64,000 nt of DNA. It comes from a virus. The stretch lies in IMG/VR virus record IMGVR_UViG_3300002307_000022, positions 44,585-108,584 of that record; one strand, written 5' to 3'. This document shows, piece by piece, positions 38,179 through 48,940 of the stretch (position 1 is its first letter; every line of letters starts with the position of its first letter). Below the pieces are notes generated by a model. That model was not told where the DNA came from and ran no database searches. It worked only from the letters and a program-made list of their open reading frames with translations. Both the position numbers and the translations under genes were made by a program.

Positions 38179-41100
38179 TTAGCTGCTCTTTAACACGGTA
38201 GAATTAACATCAAAGTTAGATGTTGTTAGTACATATCCTGCTGCCTTTAAATTAGTTGCTGTTATAGATTCTACAATTAGTATATCCGATACTGTAGCAC
38301 CGCTAATAAAAATTTCGTTTGGGTTAGAAGTTATTTCTTGTAGGCTTCCGTATACTTGATCACTAGCCACCGGAACTATTACAAAAGTAGTTATATACGG
38401 TGTTAGCTGTGTCATTACATAGGAATTTAATTCACTAAAGTAAAATGTGTCACCAAAATCAAAATTACCTAAAGCAAAAAATTGATTTATAGTTTGTATT
38501 ATTTTAGCTTTAACGTTATTATCAGTGATAACCTGTTCTGCATTTTTAATTACTAAAAATTTTGCCCTTAATCGCATATCGGCATTAGAACCAAATAATA
38601 TTTTATACTCAACTGGATGATATATTACTTCATCACTTATACTCTTGATAGCATTAAGCGATGCCCCATATGTAGTTAACAGTTCCGTAGTTGTTGGAGG
38701 CAAAGGACGAACAGATATATTACCAGAAAGCCAATTCCTATATTGCACATCATAATCTTTAGTTAAAAGGTATATGTCAATTATATTAGTTGAGCTAGGA
38801 TCGATCCTAGTAGTAGAATCAGCATTATGTAGATAATAAAAATACAAATTATTTCTTCCAGCATTAACATAATAGTCTAATGTAACAATTAATGCACCTG
38901 TAGAAGCATTATATTTTTTTACAACATCTGATAGATAAAAATAAAATAATTGTCCATCAGCGTATTGACTGATGTTTTGTATGTGTGTTTCTTTAGGATA
39001 TATTAAAAACATATCGTTTTCGTTGCTTACAAATCTATAATCTTCTGTATATCCATCAGTTATGTATTTTTCAAAAAATACAAAATTAGTATTAGTTAAT
39101 GTATTAGAAGAAGTAAGACTAGGTGGATCTACGATTATATCAAATGCATCTGGATTATCAGGTAATCCATCATCATTAGAATCAAAAAATGTTACCTTAA
39201 CTACTTTGGTACTAGCGTATCCGTTATTTTCTAACACATTTCCGACTATTTTAAATGGATAATCTGTTACCAGTGAATTATTAGTGCCTGGCAATGTGTT
39301 TATTTTCAGTACTGTTATTTTATCTTTCTGTATCGTTCCTGTAGTAGTATCATAAATCTTTCTAGTACCATCAAAATAAAATCTATTTTCTATTATAGAT
39401 TCAAAGAAATATTCTAATCCTCTATAGGAAACAGTATATGTAGTTCCATCAGTTTCAAATGCGATTAACCAACTACTATCTAGTTTTTGTCCGGAATTGT
39501 CCCCAGCATACCCATTAGTCCATGCATCTAAAAGATTTAGATTCCTATCTTGTATCACAGTCCAAGTTGACAAGTTAATATCATAACGTAGTGCAAAAAA
39601 TCTATAGTTAAAAATAAGATCATTTATAACTGTTTGTAAATCAGAAGATAGATAATTTAAAAATACTGGTATTATCTGATTTAGCAATGCTCCATCTGGC
39701 ACAGTTTGCCCAAGTGTAATGGCGCCCAAGCTGTTAGCACTAGAATTAATTCTACCATTATTGTTAACACCTGTACCATTTCCTGAAACAGATACTACGT
39801 TTGCCCAGATCCTATCTGTTGTAGTATTACTAGGAGTCGAAGTTAACCCGCCCTTGCTAGTAAAGTATTTTCCTGCAGGAGGAACAAATTTTAGTAAGGC
39901 ACCCGGTTGTACATATTTTAATGCAGTTCCTGTATAGATAACCGAAAGAGGAGTTTTGTCAGTAACATTTGCTATATAACCGTTACTTTGGTTATATCCG
40001 CCGGTTACTTGCACAAACATAGCATTTAGATCACTTAATTTTATCTTATTATATTCAGAATAATAAAAATCTCTCATAGTATCTAAAGATGCAAGCGGCT
40101 GTATTTGATTCAATATTATTTCTTGTATATCGGTCGTATTATTAAATTTAAAATCAAAAGAATTTAATATCCTTTCTCTATAAATCAGTCCGTCACTACA
40201 GAATATGCTGGTATTACTGTACGTTCCGCTAGCATCCACTAAATCAAAATTCCTACTGATTCCACTAGATGTCCTATTAACAGACTTTACCTTAGCTATA
40301 TTTTGGCTAACATTAAGCGGTGCTAGATTATAATCTTCACCCGTTATCATCCTGTTTTGAGTATAATAATTTGCAGGAGCATTTTGCTTTATTTCTACAT
40401 TAGATTCTGTCATTGCAGCATTTGTTACTGTACTCTCTAGAGAATAAATCATTTTGAGAGTTTCTAATGTATTAGTCTTTGATACATAGGGTATGTTTAC
40501 TATTACCGAGTTTATATCGTTAGGATGTATCACATAATTTAAACCATTGCTAGTCCTGTAATAGACTCTAAATGTTCCCTTAGGTAAGTTTCCAAATATC
40601 CCGTCAGCAAAATTAAGAGCTATACTATCATTAGCAGTAGTTTGTACAAAGTAGATATTTTTAACAGTCTTATCTATGCTATTATAGATAACATTGTTTC
40701 CATTTACAGCAGGAACTTTAGTCCATAAATTTGATGACAATTCTAATCCGTTATTGTCTAGCTGATATAGCCAAACATCGTCATTGTTGATGTTTGTAGC
40801 CGATACATTGACAATCTGATTGCTTACAGGATTGTTAACTAAAAATGTATTTTGTGTTAAACTTCCCTGCTTAAAGTGTATAAAAAATCCACTGTTAACA
40901 CTACCATATCCTTGACCGTCATCTTTGTAGATTAGAGAAATTTGATTACCTTTTTGGGGTGGATCTTCTGTTATTTTGTGTTTTTGTGTTGCGGTGTCGT
41001 AGGTTATTTTAGTGCTAACAGCTTCAAAATTATAACCATTTCCGTTAACTGTCGAAGTAAAAGGAAACACTGGAACATCGGTGATGTAACTGTTTATCTG

Positions 41101-41661
41101 ATATTGTTCTATGTACAATCCGTCAATATTTGCGCTAGATAGTGCATTTCCAAATGAAACATTGTCAACAAAAGAAGCATTCATTATCTTAGTAAATTGA
41201 TCAAACCAACTAGCATTTGAAGAATCATTCCAGCTTACCTGTACATTTCCTAGGCCAACGCCGTTTGAATCTACGATATTTTCACTTGTAATAACACTTT
41301 GTAATTTTAAAAATCCATTAGCTGATATCGTCCTGCTAGGATTATAACTAATCATACCTGCTAATCGCAGTATACTCTCTCGCCTTTCGGCTAATTCTAG
41401 GAAATTTTCTCTCGCATTAAAATCTAATCTATAGGCAAGGCTCTGGCCAAAAAATGCTATTAAATCAATCAAAGCTAGATATTCACTAGACTCTATGTAA
41501 TCGTTAAAACTCTCAGGAAAATTTTCCCTAAGATAGGTTATCATTACCCTACGGATATTTTCAAAATCATAACTTGTAAAATCAGCGTTAGTAAATGTCT
41601 GATAGATCTTGGACCAATCCTCAGCTAAAAATAAGTTATTTTGACGATTTGTAATTGACAT
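38179..41661 (-). CDS. gp6: Baseplate wedge subunit, T4 gp6-like
   Basis: DFTSYDFENIR, ESSEY.ALID..A, NARENFL..A.RR.SI..LA...Y.P, TQNRM.T.EDY; adjacent to gp25. Confidence 0.8.
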   Translation of the reverse strand: MSITNRQNNLFLAEDWSKIYQTFTNADFTSYDFENIRRVMITYLRENFPESFNDYIESSEYLALIDLIAFFGQSLAYRLDFNARENFLELAERRESILRLAGMISYNPSRTISANGFLKLQSVITSENIVDSNGVGLGNVQVSWNDSSNASWFDQFTKIMNASFVDNVSFGNALSSANIDGLYIEQYQINSYITDVPVFPFTSTVNGNGYNFEAVSTKITYDTATQKHKITEDPPQKGNQISLIYKDDGQGYGSVNSGFFIHFKQGSLTQNTFLVNNPVSNQIVNVSATNINNDDVWLYQLDNNGLELSSNLWTKVPAVNGNNVIYNSIDKTVKNIYFVQTTANDSIALNFADGIFGNLPKGTFRVYYRTSNGLNYVIHPNDINSVIVNIPYVSKTNTLETLKMIYSLESTVTNAAMTESNVEIKQNAPANYYTQNRMITGEDYNLAPLNVSQNIAKVKSVNRTSSGISRNFDLVDASGTYSNTSIFCSDGLIYRERILNSFDFKFNNTTDIQEIILNQIQPLASLDTMRDFYYSEYNKIKLSDLNAMFVQVTGGYNQSNGYIANVTDKTPLSVIYTGTALKYVQPGALLKFVPPAGKYFTSKGGLTSTPSNTTTDRIWANVVSVSGNGTGVNNNGRINSSANSLGAITLGQTVPDGALLNQIIPVFLNYLSSDLQTVINDLIFNYRFFALRYDINLSTWTVIQDRNLNLLDAWTNGYAGDNSGQKLDSSWLIAFETDGTTYTVSYRGLEYFFESIIENRFYFDGTRKIYDTTTGTIQKDKITVLKINTLPGTNNSLVTDYPFKIVGNVLENNGYASTKVVKVTFFDSNDDGLPDNPDAFDIIVDPPSLTSSNTLTNTNFVFFEKYITDGYTEDYRFVSNENDMFLIYPKETHIQNISQYADGQLFYFYLSDVVKKYNASTGALIVTLDYYVNAGRNNLYFYYLHNADSTTRIDPSSTNIIDIYLLTKDYDVQYRNWLSGNISVRPLPPTTTELLTTYGASLNAIKSISDEVIYHPVEYKILFGSNADMRLRAKFLVIKNAEQVITDNNVKAKIIQTINQFFALGNFDFGDTFYFSELNSYVMTQLTPYITTFVIVPVASDQVYGSLQEITSNPNEIFISGATVSDILIVESITATNLKAAGYVLTTSNFDVNSTVLKSS

Positions 41662-41714
41662 AGAACAACGATCCTGTTTAGTTTATTTATTTTAACAATA
41701 AAGTGCTAGTTTAA

Positions 41715-42155
41715 TTAACGCAGGCCGTTCTTTTGATCAAACGTAAACTGCATAGTCTGTTGTATATTGTAGGTAACATAGTTAATCGTAAACTCTAATT
41801 GTATACCTTTATCAACTTGTGTTATTACACTTTTTAACACTTTAATACGAGGATCACTATTAATGATAGAATTAACGTCATTTGTTATTAATTGTTTAAT
41901 TTGCTCAGTAAGAGGTTCAAAAAGCATATCCCATATTATAGTTCCAAATTCAGGATTTTCTAATTTTTCACCTTTTTTAATATGGAAAACATTGATTAAA
42001 TCTTGTTTGATAAGTTCTAGATCGTATAATGCTCCATTTTTAGCAACAGGACTTACTGTGCTAAATCCCTTATAAGAACGCGGTTGAAATCCTTTATGAT
42101 AAGGATCAGCATTAACATTACCGACGCTTAAATTATTGTATCCCTGTACTGCCAT
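41715..42155 (-). CDS. gp25: Baseplate wedge subunit, T4 gp25-like
   Basis: YKGFST...LYD.ELIKQDL.N.F.I.KGEK..NPEFG..IWD.LFEP...DPR signature. Confidence 0.85.
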   Translation of the reverse strand: MAVQGYNNLSVGNVNADPYHKGFQPRSYKGFSTVSPVAKNGALYDLELIKQDLINVFHIKKGEKLENPEFGTIIWDMLFEPLTEQIKQLITNDVNSIINSDPRIKVLKSVITQVDKGIQLEFTINYVTYNIQQTMQFTFDQKNGLR

Positions 42156-42172
42156 AATCGTGCTCCATTATA

Positions 42173-42180
42173 TACTTATC
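42173..42180 (-). promoter_or_regulatory. Late promoter-like variant GATAAGTA
   Basis: Upstream of gp25; the same variant precedes the portal gene (58692-58699). Confidence 0.4.
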
Positions 42181-42186
42181 ACCGTT

Positions 42187-45100
42187 TTAAGGCAGTAAAA
42201 TATCCGAGCCATCTGGATTCCCGCCTGCCATTTCAGTAGCAGGTAATCCACCTGTCGATGGTGTCGGAGGATCCGGTTGATTGATCTCTGCTGGTTTAGA
42301 ATAAGCAACATCAGGTTCAACTTGATTACAAGAAGCGTCAATGGGATGCCCTGTAGCATCAACCGCTATGTACTTGTCATTGTACCAACTCCATCTAGAC
42401 TCGCAAGGTAATCCTGGATTATCCGATGGCATTGTTCGCTCATCTGATTTCCCTGTCCAATTTGATTCTGCATTTAATGTCGGTGGGGTGCTAGGAGCAA
42501 AACTAGTAGCACCTTCGTCTGCTATCAGCACCGATGGTATGTTTGGATTTGATAGATTTTCCGAGGCGGACATACTTCCGTTAATAGACGATAATCCTGG
42601 AACTTTAGCAAGTGTTTTTACTATATTTGGAATACTTGGTAGTTTAGGTAAGCTAGGAATCTTTGGCTGTATAGTGGATCCTGGTCCTGATTTTAAATCT
42701 GGACTAAAGCTCTTAGCACCTAATTTTGGAGTTACAAATTGTTTCTCATACCAACGCAACCATGTACAGGCTTTTGCAACAGTACAATCGTTATCGTGTG
42801 TAGAATCTTGCCAACCTTTATTACGCTTACAACGACTATCAGAAAAAGGATATATTACATTTTTTGTGATTAGCTTGCTAGAATCAGTGCCTGCTGCAAG
42901 CGCCATCCATACATAACATACTCTATCTTTCTTTGGAAAAATGCCAGCACCACTAGGTAATATAAGATCAAAATATTTGTCTATCCAGAACATCTGTCTA
43001 TGTCGAGTTAGCTTCCTCAACCCTTCTGGACTTAGGTTATCTTCTGCTGCTTCTTTTGGACTACGTGCAGCAAGTTCATCGTAATTACTTTTTCCTGTTT
43101 TTGGATTAGTAGATTTACAGATCTGTACTAGTCCAACACATCCTTCACCGTTAACTTTGCTAGGATCTAGTGCAGCCGTTCCGGTTTCAGCAGCAAATAT
43201 AGCTAATAGCTCAGACACAGTGATTCCTAGTTTTCCAGATAGTTTAGCAACATCTCCCATAAATTCTTGATCTTGTACCCAATCTGTTGGAGTATTTCTG
43301 TTACTAATCTGCGCTTCTGCACTAGTAACATTGCTACTAGGACTGCTCTTAGGCGATGGATGATGCGGGTATGGATTACGCCTGTTACCGCTAACATTGG
43401 GCCCTTGTTTCCTAGTACCATTTGGGATATTTTCTAGATCATCCGGATGGCTTATCTGCCTCTTTTCCTCTCCCTTATTATAAGGTTGATCTGAATTATG
43501 TCTGTCAGTTAAATCTTGTGTGTGCCCTGCAGGATTTAGATGTTCATGTCCGTCATAGGGTTGTGGGCCCGGTACTCTGCTGGTTACTGCTCTTCCGTAA
43601 TTAGAATGATAAACAGGAGCTATCGTATCAGCATTTGTCTTAGTTGGATGAGGCTTGTGGGGAGTAGCTTCGTGTGGTTCTGCTGCTTCAGCTGCTGATA
43701 TAGGAGGGTTTGGAGAATTCGCTAAGATTATCATCATCGAATCTGGGGCTAGTGCAAGAGATGATCCTTTCAATCTACCTGGACCACTGTTTTGATAGAT
43801 GTTTGAACCACCTTGCAGTTTCATATCTCCGCCGACTGCGGTTATAGCTATCGGACCATCTGAAGTCTGTGCCATATCAGCACCAGATGTACTAAAGTTT
43901 CCTTCGGCTCGTTGATCAATAGTATCATCGGAATGAAGTACCATTTGACTATAGGTTTTCAAATGTGCTACAGCAGATGTCTGTTTAATTGCGCCTGCTG
44001 CAATTATATCTATATCACTTTCTGAACCAATGTATAACTGAGCTGATTTAAAATTTGTATCGCCTTTGCTAGTCATATGTATGTGTGTGTTTGATAGTAT
44101 ATCTAGGCTCTTAGCATCTATGTTTATTTCACCAGACACCATGCTAGCTACATTATTAGACATCAACATTAATGAGCCGCCTTCGGCTTGTACAGCAACG
44201 TGATTGTCTGCGCTCATCTGTATATTAGTATGGCTTTTAACGTGCATTTCTGATTTAGAATTGATATTAATATCATGGTCGGCATACAGATTAATAGCGC
44301 GGCCGGCGTGTATGTTAACATCTCTATCTGCGGTAATGTTATAATCTGCTTCTGTGTGTACACTAACACAATCAGCGGTATAGATATCGATCTTACCATT
44401 ACTAGACATCTCTACCCAAGCAGTACCTTTAGAATTGTGTATGTGGATAAAATCTTCAGAACTGTGCATAATAAATTGAGCACCGTTAGCGGCAGTTATC
44501 CTTATCTGCTGATCTTTTGGTATACCAACATCGCCACCTTTTTCTCCGGCTTGCAGATTGGCATATTCAGCAGGACCCTCACCTGCTTTACTTTTCCTAA
44601 GCTGTGTCTCATCACCATCATCCATTATAAATGAATGCCCCGGGCGACGGGCAGTGTGTTTAGTAGCCTGTGTATCTCTAGGTCCAACTGATCTAGTCGG
44701 AGCTCCTGGAGTTTTATCTAACGCACCCGGAGTTCCCCAACCGTGTACATTACTAGGACTTTCTCTTCTTGCGCTACTAGTATGTGTTCCTCTATAAGGA
44801 TCATCAATTAATCCCTGTTCAGCTAGCTGCGAAACTTTAGCAGAGTTAACAGGTTTTTCCATTTTTCCAGTGTTAGGTTGCATACCTTTTGCACTAGGAC
44901 GATTTACTTCACCGACTGGTAATTGAGATCCTTGATCTGTCAACTTCGAAGTATCAGTAATCTTAGACCAGTCACCGGTTTCGGGATTGTAAGATTTAAA
45001 TTGTTTTTTCGTAGATTTAGTAGATGCTATGCCAGGAACGCTTTGGTTCATATGTTGATCTTGTATACAGGCCATATAATATCCCTGTCCCGGATCCCCA

Positions 45101-45411
45101 TTTATAAAGAAACACATAACCATAGTTCCTGTATTAGGAGGCGGAGACCAAAACCCGTGGCTTTGTTGAGAGCCATGATGGTCAGGCGCATTAGTAGCAT
45201 CGTGTTCTACGTCGGTTGAACCAAAACTAGGACTAGCATATCTAACAGTGAATAACTGTTGATCCATTCCTCTTTGGTCACCAATGCTACCTAGTAATTC
45301 TACCTGTACTGCACCTTGTCTTTGAGGATCAACATTGTTTACGATCCTACCAATATGTGGTCCTGGATTCATTTTAAGTGTTGAAAGTGCTTCTTCCGAA
45401 GTTCTTGCCAT
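42187..45411 (-). CDS. gp5: Baseplate hub/central spike, gp5/VgrG-like, with a C-terminal lytic transglycosylase-like domain
   Basis: OB-fold start GRIVNNVDPQRQG.V.V; GHSFIMDDG...IR....G.Q..M; beta-helix repeats; lysozyme-like LAIFAAETG...N...GLVQI. Confidence 0.7.
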   Translation of the reverse strand: MARTSEEALSTLKMNPGPHIGRIVNNVDPQRQGAVQVELLGSIGDQRGMDQQLFTVRYASPSFGSTDVEHDATNAPDHHGSQQSHGFWSPPPNTGTMVMCFFINGDPGQGYYMACIQDQHMNQSVPGIASTKSTKKQFKSYNPETGDWSKITDTSKLTDQGSQLPVGEVNRPSAKGMQPNTGKMEKPVNSAKVSQLAEQGLIDDPYRGTHTSSARRESPSNVHGWGTPGALDKTPGAPTRSVGPRDTQATKHTARRPGHSFIMDDGDETQLRKSKAGEGPAEYANLQAGEKGGDVGIPKDQQIRITAANGAQFIMHSSEDFIHIHNSKGTAWVEMSSNGKIDIYTADCVSVHTEADYNITADRDVNIHAGRAINLYADHDININSKSEMHVKSHTNIQMSADNHVAVQAEGGSLMLMSNNVASMVSGEINIDAKSLDILSNTHIHMTSKGDTNFKSAQLYIGSESDIDIIAAGAIKQTSAVAHLKTYSQMVLHSDDTIDQRAEGNFSTSGADMAQTSDGPIAITAVGGDMKLQGGSNIYQNSGPGRLKGSSLALAPDSMMIILANSPNPPISAAEAAEPHEATPHKPHPTKTNADTIAPVYHSNYGRAVTSRVPGPQPYDGHEHLNPAGHTQDLTDRHNSDQPYNKGEEKRQISHPDDLENIPNGTRKQGPNVSGNRRNPYPHHPSPKSSPSSNVTSAEAQISNRNTPTDWVQDQEFMGDVAKLSGKLGITVSELLAIFAAETGTAALDPSKVNGEGCVGLVQICKSTNPKTGKSNYDELAARSPKEAAEDNLSPEGLRKLTRHRQMFWIDKYFDLILPSGAGIFPKKDRVCYVWMALAAGTDSSKLITKNVIYPFSDSRCKRNKGWQDSTHDNDCTVAKACTWLRWYEKQFVTPKLGAKSFSPDLKSGPGSTIQPKIPSLPKLPSIPNIVKTLAKVPGLSSINGSMSASENLSNPNIPSVLIADEGATSFAPSTPPTLNAESNWTGKSDERTMPSDNPGLPCESRWSWYNDKYIAVDATGHPIDASCNQVEPDVAYSKPAEINQPDPPTPSTGGLPATEMAGGNPDGSDILLP

Positions 45412-45427
45412 TTTTAAATTTCCTCTT

Positions 45428-47659
45428 TTATCCGTCTAATATATCGCTCACATTGCCTACAATATTACCAACTCCGGAAGCAATTTCGTTAACTGCTCCA
45501 CCTATAGCTGCGCCAATTAAATTACCAGACATAGCTCCAGCCATCCTTCCGATGCTTGGCTGCGGCCTTCCTCTTCCAAATACCGATGATCCATTACCAA
45601 AAATATTAAGTGCAGAACTAAGGATATCTGTAGCACCTGCTGATAAGTAACCGCCGGCTCCCTGCTGTCCTGCTTGTATTAAGAATCCAGATCCGCTACT
45701 TGTTGTAGTTTGTGCCCTCAATCTTATTGAATTTTGAAATGTTACTGTAAATTTACCTCTCTCAAATTTAGTAATAACAGAAACAATCCTATACAATCCG
45801 CTTATAGTATCTAATGTAGCTGCAAATCTATAGTTACCACTAACAGGATCTAGATCGATAGGTGTCCTAAAATTAGCGATAACATAAACTTCTCCGTTAA
45901 ATGTGTTTACATATTCGTCTATTGTTGTAGAATAATTTTCGGTAGAACTTTTTTTATTTCCAGTAAAATCATTTGCTATCCAATAAGGATCTCCCATTAT
46001 CGTCATAGTTAATTGTTGCTGTTCCGTGGTAGTATCCATAACTATAGAATCTAAAATCCTATTGTGTATTGAACTAGTAGTGTCAGTACCACCTCCGGTA
46101 TTTCCAGTAGTAACTAAATTTTTATCTGATGAGAGATTAACAATTGGTGTAACTTCTTTAGAGGTCGCTGTTCCTGTATTTGGTAATGTTGCACCTGTCT
46201 GTTTAACATTGCCATCTCCTGTAAGTCCCGATGCGGAATTTCCTGTATTAGTTCCTAAATCAGTAGGTAAGTTAGCAAGCATCTGATTGTACATAATTTG
46301 CCACTGTAAAACTTCAGTATTTTTTCCTGTGTATATGTAATCATATACTTTTGCTATTTGGGTTTTTAAGGATTCATACCCCGGAGGCGATGTTCCTGGA
46401 GTAATCATCCTATCTATAGATACCTTCCAAGGCATAATTTCATAAATCCATTTAACATTATTCCTGCCTAGCTGAGGATTATAATCTCCTATTTCATTCC
46501 TAGGTCTAATAATAAACCAATTTATTTGGCCATTGTCGTCAGTATTAAACTTACCTCCAGTATATTGAGTTGATAGAAAATCGCTTCGTAATATTACTTC
46601 TCGTATTGCAGAAAGTATAGGAGTATCTTTAGGTATATGTATTACTCTATTCTCTCCTAGATTTTGATCTTTATAAATTTTATTTTCTGCATCATATATT
46701 TTATTAAGATCAGGTTGATTTTGTGCTCCAGCCCTATTAAAATCGCTATACAACTTAGCTTTTCCAATATTATTAGGAACGTTTGGTAAATTAGGATTAT
46801 CAACAAATTTAATATCAAAAGAATCAGTTTCTGCTAAAGTTTTATCATTTTTTAATTGTTGTAATGCACGATTTAATGCAAAATTTAAACTACCCTTTGT
46901 TTGCTTTGATAAATGCTCTTCTACTGTTATTCCTGTTAAACCGAGATTTTGTTTAGTAGTTGAGTATTCGTTTTCAGTTCCTATCGTGCTTGCATTTTTT
47001 GCAGTAATCTGATATATACATCCTGAATTATTAACAGACATACTGATAACAGGCATTTTAATATTAAGATATCTTGTAAGATCTGGATCTATAAAAGCAG
47101 ATCCCGTATCATCATATCCTGCAAATTCTATACAAAGTAAAAAAACAGCATCCATTGGGCCACCATATCCAGCAGCTTTAGATCCAAGTACTACTGATTC
47201 AAAAAATAATCCCATACTGTAAGGTTCGGTAACTGTAAATTCAATAGCAGTAGCATTTGTCATAGCTCCCGTAGCAGTCGACGGTGACATAACTGTTGTT
47301 ATAACTAGGTTATCTAAAAAATAATCAAATTCTCCAAATTCTGTACTAACTCTACTAGTTTCTTCCCAATCGCCTTGAGATCTTAATAAAATGTAATCTA
47401 GTTCTCCAGGGGGAGGAAGATTACCGCTATTATATATATTAGGCGGCAACACTGCTAAAGTAAACAATGCATTATAAGTTGCATATTGATTTAAAGGATT
47501 AGGCTGTCCTGATGGTTGATTTTCTAAATACGGAGAATATTCTAAACCATTAGACGAAGCGGTCTTAGGAGAAGAAGATCCGCCATCTGATGCATTAATT
47601 GGACTACCTACAGGTACGTAATCTGAAGATAATGGTTTTCCAGTAATATTATCTACCAT
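45428..47659 (-). CDS. Putative baseplate hub protein (gp27-like position)
   Basis: Lies between gp53-like and gp5-like genes; NPL..YA.YN..FTL, F.VTEPYSMG.F, YDYIYTGKN.EV, I.GDPYWI and G.Y.I..V...F..G.F motifs. Confidence 0.5.
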   Translation of the reverse strand: MVDNITGKPLSSDYVPVGSPINASDGGSSSPKTASSNGLEYSPYLENQPSGQPNPLNQYATYNALFTLAVLPPNIYNSGNLPPPGELDYILLRSQGDWEETSRVSTEFGEFDYFLDNLVITTVMSPSTATGAMTNATAIEFTVTEPYSMGLFFESVVLGSKAAGYGGPMDAVFLLCIEFAGYDDTGSAFIDPDLTRYLNIKMPVISMSVNNSGCIYQITAKNASTIGTENEYSTTKQNLGLTGITVEEHLSKQTKGSLNFALNRALQQLKNDKTLAETDSFDIKFVDNPNLPNVPNNIGKAKLYSDFNRAGAQNQPDLNKIYDAENKIYKDQNLGENRVIHIPKDTPILSAIREVILRSDFLSTQYTGGKFNTDDNGQINWFIIRPRNEIGDYNPQLGRNNVKWIYEIMPWKVSIDRMITPGTSPPGYESLKTQIAKVYDYIYTGKNTEVLQWQIMYNQMLANLPTDLGTNTGNSASGLTGDGNVKQTGATLPNTGTATSKEVTPIVNLSSDKNLVTTGNTGGGTDTTSSIHNRILDSIVMDTTTEQQQLTMTIMGDPYWIANDFTGNKKSSTENYSTTIDEYVNTFNGEVYVIANFRTPIDLDPVSGNYRFAATLDTISGLYRIVSVITKFERGKFTVTFQNSIRLRAQTTTSSGSGFLIQAGQQGAGGYLSAGATDILSSALNIFGNGSSVFGRGRPQPSIGRMAGAMSGNLIGAAIGGAVNEIASGVGNIVGNVSDILDG

Positions 47660-47662
47660 CGA

Positions 47663-47974
47663 TTAACTCATTCCCAATGCCGATAACAAAGTTGTCTTTC
47701 TTGGTAATTTAATAGTCGTGCCTGCTCTAAAATCAAAGATAGGATCAAATAATATATCTTTGTTCCTCTGTGCAAATACCCACCACAACTTTGGATTTCC
47801 ATATATATCGTAGGCTAATAGATCTGGTCTATAATTATATTGAGGCAATATTGTATATTCAAAATCATCGTCCCTGGATGGGATTGTCCTCGGACTCCAA
47901 ATTCCTAATGAATTATTTTTTATTTCTGTTTTATACCAAGGACTGCTTGGAGAATATTTGGCTGTCATATCCAA
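47663..47974 (-). CDS. gp53: Baseplate wedge gp53/LysM-like protein
   Basis: YRPDLLAYDIYG.PKLWWVF..RN motif typical of gp53/LysM-like baseplate proteins. Confidence 0.65.
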   Translation of the reverse strand: MDMTAKYSPSSPWYKTEIKNNSLGIWSPRTIPSRDDDFEYTILPQYNYRPDLLAYDIYGNPKLWWVFAQRNKDILFDPIFDFRAGTTIKLPRKTTLLSALGMS

Positions 47975-48867
47975 CCCTTTCCATCATATCCAGATATTAA
48001 ATTACCATTTGCAAAACTAGACAAGTTAAACGATTTTATCTTTTCTCTGCTGAATACTGGACTTACTACTACACTAATATCACTTCGTACCGGAACGTAG
48101 CTGATGCCCATAGGACCGTTTATTGATATATAATCTACATCTTTTTGCAAAGATATATTAAATTGTTTAACAACGACACTTATATTATTAAAAACAAAGT
48201 CTCCGTATCCGTTGAGCGTGCAAATAGGTGGAGGATTTCCTAAATTAGGTCCAGATCCAAAATACATTTTTGTTACAGTCCTTAAAAAATGCATTACTGC
48301 TAGCCAATAGATGCCTTCATTTTGATCTTGTACAGTAAATGTTCCTGTTATATTAATATCTTCTACTTGTGAATTCTTATATGCCCAGAAGGGGTAATTA
48401 GTATGCGTTACAGGAATCTGATCATATCGTGCAGTACTTTGGAACTGTATTGAAGGTAAATATGGGAACACCATGCCGTTTGTTTGTGCTAACGGAAACA
48501 GTGCTTGGCTTTGTAAAATAATTGGACTAAAAATGTTTACACGCCAATCAACTTCGCCAGGTGTGCTGTAAAATACTGTAGATGCATTACTGGAATAATA
48601 ATCTCGTTCTGCACCAAAAGGAATACCGTTCCTGCGATAGGAACTTATAAGTTCGTTAGGATTTAGAGTATTGATACCACCTAAAACAGCACCAACTACA
48701 CCCAATGCAGCACCAGTTAATGCTCCTGCACCGAGATCTCCAAGCGCACTTAACCCGTCTCCTACCAAATCTCCTAGTGAATCAGTTAAGCTGCTTGTAG
48801 AATCGGTTACTGAGCTAGTTACTTCAGCTAAAGTATCCGGTACACCACCAAAAATATCATCTTCCAT
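47965..48867 (-). CDS. Tail tube initiator/baseplate cap protein, gp48/gp54-like
   Basis: MVFPYLP.I, Y......HTNY....Y.NS....I.I.G.F, PPP...L.GYG...F..I.V motifs; GGAGG RBS; late promoter at 48885-48891. Confidence 0.55.
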   Translation of the reverse strand: MEDDIFGGVPDTLAEVTSSVTDSTSSLTDSLGDLVGDGLSALGDLGAGALTGAALGVVGAVLGGINTLNPNELISSYRRNGIPFGAERDYYSSNASTVFYSTPGEVDWRVNIFSPIILQSQALFPLAQTNGMVFPYLPSIQFQSTARYDQIPVTHTNYPFWAYKNSQVEDINITGTFTVQDQNEGIYWLAVMHFLRTVTKMYFGSGPNLGNPPPICTLNGYGDFVFNNISVVVKQFNISLQKDVDYISINGPMGISYVPVRSDISVVVSPVFSREKIKSFNLSSFANGNLISGYDGKGWI

Positions 48868-48890
48868 AGGAATTCCTCCGTAGATATTTA

Positions 48891-48919
48891 TTGCAAAAAT
48901 AAACTGCGTGTATTATAAT
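48891..48919 (+). promoter_or_regulatory. Sigma70-type promoter for the gp55 operon
   Basis: TTGCAA (48891-48896), 17-bp spacer, TATAAT (48914-48919). It overlaps a divergent late motif ATAAATA on the minus strand (48885-48891). Confidence 0.55.
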
Positions 48920-48940
48920 ATAGATTGGAGAATAATAATA

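Noticed and set aside
42341-42916. 191-aa antisense ORF inside gp5, plus other shadow ORFs (e.g. 57521..58012, 60005..60622, 61311..61871, 27706..28104, 32884..33288)
   Set aside because: They lie fully antisense to well-supported genes, have no RBS or promoter and no motifs, and are expected from codon bias.
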